Shown here: positions 58,136-64,000 of the stretch, piece by piece
Layout of the letters: every line of letters starts with the position of its first letter
Numbering within the stretch: the stretch's first letter is position 1
Assembly (NCBI GenBank): GCA_036514715.1
Contig: DATBWR010000013.1
Location: 6,779 to 70,778, forward strand
Length of the DNA stretch: 64,000 nt
Origin: Candidatus Nanoarchaeia archaeon
Lineage (GTDB): Bacteria > Patescibacteriota > Microgenomatia > Woykebacterales > RBG-16-39-9b
Direction: 5' to 3'
Translations under genes and position numbers: made by a program
The notes under the pieces: model-generated
The model's database searches: none
Seen by the model: only the letters and a program-made list of their open reading frames with translations
What the model was told of the DNA's origin: nothing

Positions 58136-58612
58136 CTAGATTATTTTGGGAACGGAAATTTCTTTGAGGATTGTCTCTTCCAGTTTTTCCATGGCAAAAG
58201 TTTCTTGAGGCTTTTCGTGATCGTAACCAAACAGGTGCAAAATCCCATGCACTACAAGTAAGTTCAACATCTCATCAACAAGCATATCTTCTTTGGCTGC
58301 TCTCACCAAGAGCTGCGGGTAAGAAATAATCACGTCCCCTAAATTAAGTACTTCAGAGTTCGGGGGGTTCACAAAACCAGAGCTCCCCTGACTCTGGGCA
58401 TCAAACGGAAAGGCTAAAACATCAGTAGTCTTATCCTGCCCCCGAAAATCCCTGTTAAGAACGCGCATTTTTCGATCGCCGATAATAGCAATAGCAACAC
58501 TTGTATCGCTGGTAGGCGCAATTTTTTCTAAAGTGACCTTAGCAGTCTTTATAATTTGGGATCGTCGAATTGGGTAGTGAGGTTCAACGGTGGCGCGAAC
58601 GTCAAGCGCCAT
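58136..58612 (-). CDS. ybeY: rRNA maturation RNase YbeY
   Basis: TDVLAF, HGILHLFGYDH. Confidence 0.95.
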   Translation of the reverse strand: MALDVRATVEPHYPIRRSQIIKTAKVTLEKIAPTSDTSVAIAIIGDRKMRVLNRDFRGQDKTTDVLAFPFDAQSQGSSGFVNPPNSEVLNLGDVIISYPQLLVRAAKEDMLVDEMLNLLVVHGILHLFGYDHEKPQETFAMEKLEETILKEISVPKII

Positions 58613-58613
58613 A

Positions 58614-58808
58614 TTATTCGCCTCTTCTGGCTCGGGCCATCATCAGACGCCGGCGCTCTTTGGCCTCACGTTTGCGCACGACAGAAGGCTTCTCGTAAAA
58701 CTCACGTTTTTTGAGTTCATTGAGAATTCCGTCGGACAGAACTTTTTTATTGAATTTTCGGATTAGAACCTCAACTGGTTCTCCCTCTTGCGCTCTAACT
58801 ATAGTCAT
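58614..58808 (-). CDS. rpsU: 30S ribosomal protein S21
   Basis: KREFYEKPS. Confidence 0.93.
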   Translation of the reverse strand: MTIVRAQEGEPVEVLIRKFNKKVLSDGILNELKKREFYEKPSVVRKREAKERRRLMMARARRGE

Positions 58809-58838
58809 TTAGAATAAAAACACCTCCTGACCTTACAA

Positions 58839-59150
58839 CTAATCGCCTAGCAAGTGCCAATGTAAATGCGACACCTCAAGTCTCGCCCCACCGTTGATAA
58901 CTAAGTGATACGAGCCTCCAATTTTTTGCTCTCTTATTAATCTTTGTATCACTTTTACCATTTTTGTCAACAGAGAAAAATTCTTGACTGATAAGTCTAA
59001 AAAGCTCTTTATGTGCAGGGTTGGTACTACTAGTAAGTGTACCCTTGCTTTTGGTTTAATGTCAGCAAAAACAACAATTTCTCTGTCCTGATAAACGAAC
59101 TTAGTCGGAATCTCGCCTTTTATAATTTTGCAAAACAAACAACCATTCAT
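58839..59150 (-). CDS. HIT family protein
   Basis: CLFCKI, HLHWH. Confidence 0.92.
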   Translation of the reverse strand: MNGCLFCKIIKGEIPTKFVYQDREIVVFADIKPKARVHLLVVPTLHIKSFLDLSVKNFSLLTKMVKVIQRLIREQKIGGSYHLVINGGARLEVSHLHWHLLGD

Positions 59151-59174
59151 AAAACTTCTTTTGCTTATTACCTA

Positions 59175-60089
59175 TTACTTTCTACTTGCTACTCTTTTCT
59201 TTAGGTTTTCTAAAACCTCATAAGGCACTTTCAGGTAAAAATCTTCAAACCCTAAATTTTTCCCAGCGCTTCCAAAACCGTGAAAATCGCTCCCACCGGT
59301 TTTAACTAAATTGTACTTGTCCGCGAGAACTTCAAAATGCTCCACGCACTTTTTGGTATCTTCAACACTGTCACGGTGAGCCCAAACTTCGATGCCATCT
59401 AAACCCAAACCAACCAAAGTTTTGACCCAGTGATCAGCAAAAATAAGTCGGCTTTTAATCTTTTCAGTTAAGTTCCAGCAGGGATGTGCCAAAACTGCCA
59501 AACCACCAGCTCCGTGAATTAAATCAAGCGCCTCTTTTGGTGTGGCTGCATTTCGTGGCGAGTAAGCAGGGCCATCCGGGTTTAAATACTTCTCAATAAA
59601 GCCCCCTGTTGAGGGTATTTCCCCGAAATCTTTTTTTAACTTCTCTTCATTTTCTTTTTTACTAATAACTACACTAGCGATGTGCGGTTTGACAATCGTA
59701 CCCTTAGTTGTATCTCTAAGATCTTTAAAAGTAATTTTGTAGCCAAGTTGTTCGAGGTTCTCAACTATTTCCTTGGCTACTCTCTCCCTTTCCTTTTGGT
59801 AAAATTCAAGTTTTTTCTGTAAAATGTGGTTTCTCGGGTCAATGAAATACCCTAGAATATGCAGGTCGTTACGTGAGTCAATGTAGGCAGTAATTTCCAC
59901 TGCTGGTACAACTTCAACCCCTAGCTCTTGACCTTTCAGGGTAGCTACCTCAGTGGCTTTAGTGTTATCGTGATCAGTAACCGCAATTGCCGAGAGCTTG
60001 GCTTTTTTTGCCTCAACCACTAGTTGGTTCGGCGTTAAACCACCGTCGGAATAGACAGTATGAGTGTGCAAATCAACAAAGCGAGCCAT
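59175..60089 (-). CDS. PHP domain phosphoesterase
   Basis: DLHTHT..SDG, TDHD, AHP, GGSDFHG. Confidence 0.92.
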   Translation of the reverse strand: MARFVDLHTHTVYSDGGLTPNQLVVEAKKAKLSAIAVTDHDNTKATEVATLKGQELGVEVVPAVEITAYIDSRNDLHILGYFIDPRNHILQKKLEFYQKERERVAKEIVENLEQLGYKITFKDLRDTTKGTIVKPHIASVVISKKENEEKLKKDFGEIPSTGGFIEKYLNPDGPAYSPRNAATPKEALDLIHGAGGLAVLAHPCWNLTEKIKSRLIFADHWVKTLVGLGLDGIEVWAHRDSVEDTKKCVEHFEVLADKYNLVKTGGSDFHGFGSAGKNLGFEDFYLKVPYEVLENLKKRVASRK

Positions 60090-60204
60090 CGAGGCATTTT
60101 ACTCTTTTTCGGCAGGAAAAACAAATTTAGTCGTTTCTCTTACCAATAGAAAAACGGCTCGGTGAAAGTTGCACGAAGCCGTTTTTCCTTTTTGAAAGTC
60201 AAAT

Positions 60205-60399
60205 TTAATGAACTAAAGCTGCTTTTACCTCGTCTGAAGAGTTGTAAGTGCCTTCGGCGAGATTGTTCTTCACATCATCGAGAACTTCAGCGGGAACATC
60301 TTCCCCATTACAAGCCGCGACAATAGCTTCTTTGGTAGCTGGCCAGGTAATGTGTCCTTCCATGTGGTCGGAGTGCTCATTCCATTGTCCTTCGGTCAT
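60205..60399 (-). CDS. Small acidic protein, DUF2795-like
   Basis: WPATK...YNSSDEV; AAGGAGGTG RBS; terminator at 60150-60190. Confidence 0.65.
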   Translation of the reverse strand: MTEGQWNEHSDHMEGHITWPATKEAIVAACNGEDVPAEVLDDVKNNLAEGTYNSSDEVKAALVH

Positions 60400-60525
60400 A
60401 AAAAATTCACCTCCTTTTATCTATTCAGTGTTTTTCATTCTATTGTTAAGTAATTAACAAGTCAATTAGCAAACAAGCCAAAAGAAAACTCCCACTGAAA
60501 GATTGATCAATGGGAGCTTTTAACT

Positions 60526-60714
60526 CTAGTGTTCCTGTTTAGCGAGGATCTGGCGGACAGTCTTCCCTAGACCGTAGTCAGGGTAGATGTAAGCCAGTTT
60601 ACCGAGCCCGAAATTGACTCCAACCCTCCCCGCACTGTCAGAGAACACTTTGGGATACGCTAATCCTTGCGTTTCTTCGTCCTCCTTGACTCCCTTGGTT
60701 GGGAGTAAGGACAC
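60526..60714 (-). CDS. Hypothetical protein
   Basis: GGAGGTG RBS, TTGACA promoter, terminator at 60484-60520. Confidence 0.5.
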   Translation of the reverse strand: MSLLPTKGVKEDEETQGLAYPKVFSDSAGRVGVNFGLGKLAYIYPDYGLGKTVRQILAKQEH

Positions 60715-60835
60715 TTTTCTGATCCACCTCCTCTGAGTTTTTAGTGGATTAAGTTTACTATTCTCACTATGGGTTTGTCAACCTTCCGACAGTGGGTTGC
60801 TTGTTTACTTAAAAAGGATAAGTTATAATTTACTT

Positions 60836-61111
60836 ACTGGTGGAGAAAGTTTAGTTGAGTGTATCTTAAGCCGCAGCAGGGAAAGCGGTACGTGTAAGCT
60901 CAAGGAGGAGCGCAAGAGATCAACTCAAACCTTTCTCCATCAGGACCAAAACGTGAGCGAGGGTCGGGACAAGAAGAACCTAATTTGTCACGGGTCTGGA
61001 GGTTTGTGTCTTCAGCTTGTCCTTAACAGTCGGCCCTTTCTCTACCTTAGGCTCGGTGTGTTCTCTCCCCCACACTAGTGGTCGCGCCGCACACCGAGCC
61101 TCTTTCATTTT
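60836..61111 (+). ncRNA. Candidate ~275-nt structured ncRNA
   Basis: TTGTTT-17-TATAAT promoter (60801-60829); three long stem domains; ends in a 12-bp stem and T-rich tail. Confidence 0.6.
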
Positions 61112-61522
61112 CTAAAAATTTCCTGAAGAAAGTTTTGCCCGTGCCTGAGTGTTAGTTTTAGCTTTTAGTGCAGTTTCAACAAATCTTAGTAATTTGCTCG
61201 TCTTATCTTTATTTGAAAACTTTGCTGTCTTGGACAAGAATTTGCTGAATTCATCTGAGGAATCTAAATAGTTCTTAGCTTGTCGAAAGGTTTCGTAACT
61301 GACTTTTAAGGCCTCTTTAACTTCTGTTTCTGAATACCCACCTACAATCATTAAATAAAGACCCAATCTTTTGGCCAACATTCCTTTTTCTTCTTTAGTG
61401 AGAAAACGTTGCAAAAAATCTTCAATCTGAGCTTGATTACTGGAAGCTAAAACTTGAGCAAATGTTTCATTAACCTGATTCCAAACGGACTTCTTTAATG
61501 GTGTCTTTGAAACCCTCGTCAT
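61112..61522 (-). CDS. TrpR-like (YerC/YecD) HTH protein
   Basis: FL..FLT.EE..MLAKRL...G.S..EV...LKVS..T; start MTRVSK at 61522. Confidence 0.8.
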   Translation of the reverse strand: MTRVSKTPLKKSVWNQVNETFAQVLASSNQAQIEDFLQRFLTKEEKGMLAKRLGLYLMIVGGYSETEVKEALKVSYETFRQAKNYLDSSDEFSKFLSKTAKFSNKDKTSKLLRFVETALKAKTNTQARAKLSSGNF

Positions 61523-61525
61523 AAT

Positions 61526-61558
61526 TACTAATATAATTATTATATTAGTATTAGTCAA
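61526..61558 (-). promoter_or_regulatory. Leaderless promoter with overlapping palindromic operator
   Basis: TTGACT-17-TATATT, then 7 nt to ATG; TACTAATATA-N5-TATATTAGTA. Confidence 0.7.
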
Positions 61559-61606
61559 CTGTAGAGTTTTGTTAATTTAGACTAATAATCAAGCTATTTA
61601 CTTAAA

Positions 61607-62821
61607 CTATATAGAGGTAATTTTTACGAGTTTTGTAGATTCCTCACCGCGGTTTTTGACTTCAATTGCTTCTTCTTTAAGAGATTTTTCGCTGACGATC
61701 CAGCGCTCAGGTATACCAATCAGGTCACTGTCGGCAAGTTTTTCACCGGCACTCATTTGTCTGTCGTCAAACAAAACTTCAGTACCTTTTTTCAAAAGCT
61801 TTTCATAAATTTCTTCAGAGGCTTTCGTAACTTCTTTTTCTCCACCTAAAGAAAGTAAGTGGACCGCAAACGGAGCAACACTCTCAGGCCAAACAATGCC
61901 TTTTTCATCGTTAAAAACTTCAACAATTGTGGCCAGCAACCGCCCCAAACCAATTCCGTAGCAACCCATTAAAATTGGCTTTTCGGTTCCGTCGGCTTCC
62001 ACAAAGTTTGCACCCATGGCCTCAGAATACTTGGCTCCCAGTTGAAAAACTTGTCCGGCCTCGACCGCTTGAATCTGCTCAAATTTACCCTTTTTACCCT
62101 CAGAAATTTCTTCAAGTAAGTCTTTATTATAAGCTTCACCGTTTTCATCCGAGACGTAGACAGTATCTTCTCCAACTTTAGTCGGTACTTGAAATTCGTA
62201 AGTAACACTTCCGCCGATCGTCCCACCAGAGGCTTTGGCGATAATCGGTTTTAGATTTACACGAGCAAAGATTTTCTCATACGCACTAACAACTTTCTCA
62301 AAAAAGTTGTCTAAATCCTCTTGAGTTGCGTGGAAACTGTAAAGATCTTTCATGGAAAATTCTCGCACGCGCAATAAACCACCGGTAGAACGCACTTCGT
62401 TGCGGAATTTAGTTTGGATTTGGTAAAGGGAGAACGGCAGGTCTTTGTAGCTTTGGACCCGTCTGCGCACAAGGTCAGTGATTACTTCTTCATGAGTTGG
62501 CCCTAAAGCAATTTCTTTGTCGTGCCGGTCTTTGAATTTAAATAAAGGTGGGTCAATCGTGGTCCAACGGCCAGTCTCCTCCCACAAATTCTTTGGGGAT
62601 AAAGCTGGCATCAAAATTTCCTGGCCGCCGAGAGCGTTCATCTCATGCCGAATAATGTTTTCAATTTTCTTGAGGACGCGCAAGCCTAAAGGCAAAAAAG
62701 TGTAAACCCCGCTCATCAACTGGTCGATAAAGCCACCGCGAACTAAATATTGGTGGGAAATCGCCGTTGCCTCGGCTGGAGCCTGCCGAGAAGTTTTTCC
62801 AAAAAGGCTGCCTTGTCTCAT
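61607..62821 (-). CDS. proS: Proline--tRNA ligase (short form, no editing insertion)
   Basis: GPTHEE, RVREFSMKDLYSF, MGCYGIG. Confidence 0.96.
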   Translation of the reverse strand: MRQGSLFGKTSRQAPAEATAISHQYLVRGGFIDQLMSGVYTFLPLGLRVLKKIENIIRHEMNALGGQEILMPALSPKNLWEETGRWTTIDPPLFKFKDRHDKEIALGPTHEEVITDLVRRRVQSYKDLPFSLYQIQTKFRNEVRSTGGLLRVREFSMKDLYSFHATQEDLDNFFEKVVSAYEKIFARVNLKPIIAKASGGTIGGSVTYEFQVPTKVGEDTVYVSDENGEAYNKDLLEEISEGKKGKFEQIQAVEAGQVFQLGAKYSEAMGANFVEADGTEKPILMGCYGIGLGRLLATIVEVFNDEKGIVWPESVAPFAVHLLSLGGEKEVTKASEEIYEKLLKKGTEVLFDDRQMSAGEKLADSDLIGIPERWIVSEKSLKEEAIEVKNRGEESTKLVKITSI

Positions 62822-62843
62822 TTTTGATTCTTATCGAAAATAT

Positions 62844-62890
62844 CGACCGTAATATTAATTAATAGTTTCTCAGAAACAACATTCTGGTCG
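62844..62890 (-). promoter_or_regulatory. Conserved structured 5' leader motif, copy 3 (proS)
   Basis: CGACC AGAA TGTT GTTTC TGA GAAAC...TTAC GGTCG, after TTGATA-17-TATACT (62902-62930). Confidence 0.75.
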
Positions 62891-62936
62891 TTATAGTGGA
62901 AAGTATAAATTAGCGGGAATTAAGTATCAAGTGGGG

Positions 62937-64000
62937 TCAACCGAAGATGCGGCCGGTGAAGATTTTGACTACGTCGTTGAAAGTAATGAGGAGGAAAAGA
63001 AAAATGAGGACTACAAAACCAATGCTGTGAACTAAGTTCTCTACTTTAGGGCTAACTTTTTTGCCCCGCACTGCTTCAAGGGCGAAAAAGAACAACCTTC
63101 CCCCATCCATAGCGGGAATCGGCAGAATGTTCACCACACCTAAAACCAGACTAATGAAGGCAGTTAAAGTTAACAGAATTCGCACCGATTCAGTACCAGC
63201 ATTTTGCACAATTACTCCTAAGACTGCCACAATTCCGACTGGTCCGGAAGATTGACTGGCAATTGGTTCAAGGGAGCCTTGCTCAAAGGCCTTACCAAAA
63301 ATAGTTTTCATTCCTACCCACTGGTACTGCAACATATTGCCTGAGTGTAAAACTCCGGAAAAAAGCCTTTCAGCAAAACTTTCATAGGCAACCGTTGCAC
63401 CCTGAGCTAAACCTAATCCAAGGGCTCCCTGACCCTCTGGGGGATCAATTCTCGGTACAGCGTTCACCACCCGAAGTTGATTATCTTCCTTGATGTTTTC
63501 GACTAGTAAACTAAGGGGCTTGCCTTTATTTACCTCAACTAGGTCTTGAAGGTCCTCAACGAAATTTACACGCTGACCATCATGAGACAAGATTTTGTCG
63601 CCGAACTTCAAGCCCGCCATCTGGGCAGGAGAACCTTCTTCCACGCCAGTAATCAGGACATAATTGGTTTGTTTACCAAAAGGAAATTGGTTTGGTATTT
63701 GCAAATCAAAATCGGCCTTAAAACTGCTTGCCGCCAAAAGAATGGTGAAAAGTATGACCGCCAGAGCTATGTTGACGATCACACCGGCAGCAGCAATAAT
63801 AATGCGCACACCAACCGGTTTTGAAGTGAAAGCTCTAGGGCCACGCGCAGAGCCAGATTCTTCCCCATAAAGTTTTACAAAACCACCCGCCGGCAACCAA
63901 TTGATCGAATAGGTTGTTTCACCCTTTTTTACTGACCAAATCTTACCCGGAAAAGGAAAGCCGAAGCCAAACTCCTCAACCTTCACACCAAAAAGTTTAG
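62937..64000 (-). CDS. rseP: RIP metalloprotease RseP (M50, PDZ); 5' end off window
   Basis: GGFV, AGV..N, NILPIPAMDGG. Confidence 0.92.
   Translation of the reverse strand, partial: KLFGVKVEEFGFGFPFPGKIWSVKKGETTYSINWLPAGGFVKLYGEESGSARGPRAFTSKPVGVRIIIAAAGVIVNIALAVILFTILLAASSFKADFDLQIPNQFPFGKQTNYVLITGVEEGSPAQMAGLKFGDKILSHDGQRVNFVEDLQDLVEVNKGKPLSLLVENIKEDNQLRVVNAVPRIDPPEGQGALGLGLAQGATVAYESFAERLFSGVLHSGNMLQYQWVGMKTIFGKAFEQGSLEPIASQSSGPVGIVAVLGVIVQNAGTESVRILLTLTAFISLVLGVVNILPIPAMDGGRLFFFALEAVRGKKVSPKVENLVHSIGFVVLIFLFLLITFNDVVKIFTGRIFG

Noticed and set aside
60797-61078. 93-aa ORF, or tmRNA on the minus strand (ends CTCCACCA)
   Set aside because: The ORF starts within the promoter and has no RBS; no T-arm or tmRNA 5' end

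Overview
This is a chromosomal window from a small-genome bacterium. Gene content and style (truncated Mfd, TrpR-like YerC protein, cohesin/dockerin surface proteins, type IV pilus genes, little biosynthesis) suggest CPR/Patescibacteria, probably Microgenomates; this taxonomy is inference. Core genes lie mostly on the minus strand: pepA, pepP, efp, tRNA-Leu, dnaB, htrA, ctpA, rpsF-ssb-rpsR, ychF, pilus genes, cysS, recR-ybaB-dnaX, mfd, pth, ybeY, rpsU, proS, rseP. hisS and rpmE-prfA-prmC are on the plus strand. Small self-contained accessory genes and four toxin-antitoxin pairs are interspersed. The most interesting signals are non-coding: (1) a conserved ~50-nt structured 5'-leader in front of hisS, rpmE-prfA-prmC and proS; (2) a complete leucine-type attenuator controlling a stand-alone LeuA allosteric domain; (3) five ~22-bp direct repeats that separate TA modules like gene cassettes; (4) two copies of a ~155-nt covarying structured repeat with a pseudoknot; (5) candidate ncRNAs at ~60836-61111 and ~49150-49279; (6) two dispersed palindrome families; (7) a probable remote DGR target gene; (8) apparent ATC/GTC start codons and many leaderless genes. 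All family assignments come from motif recognition by eye; no database searches or folding programs were run.
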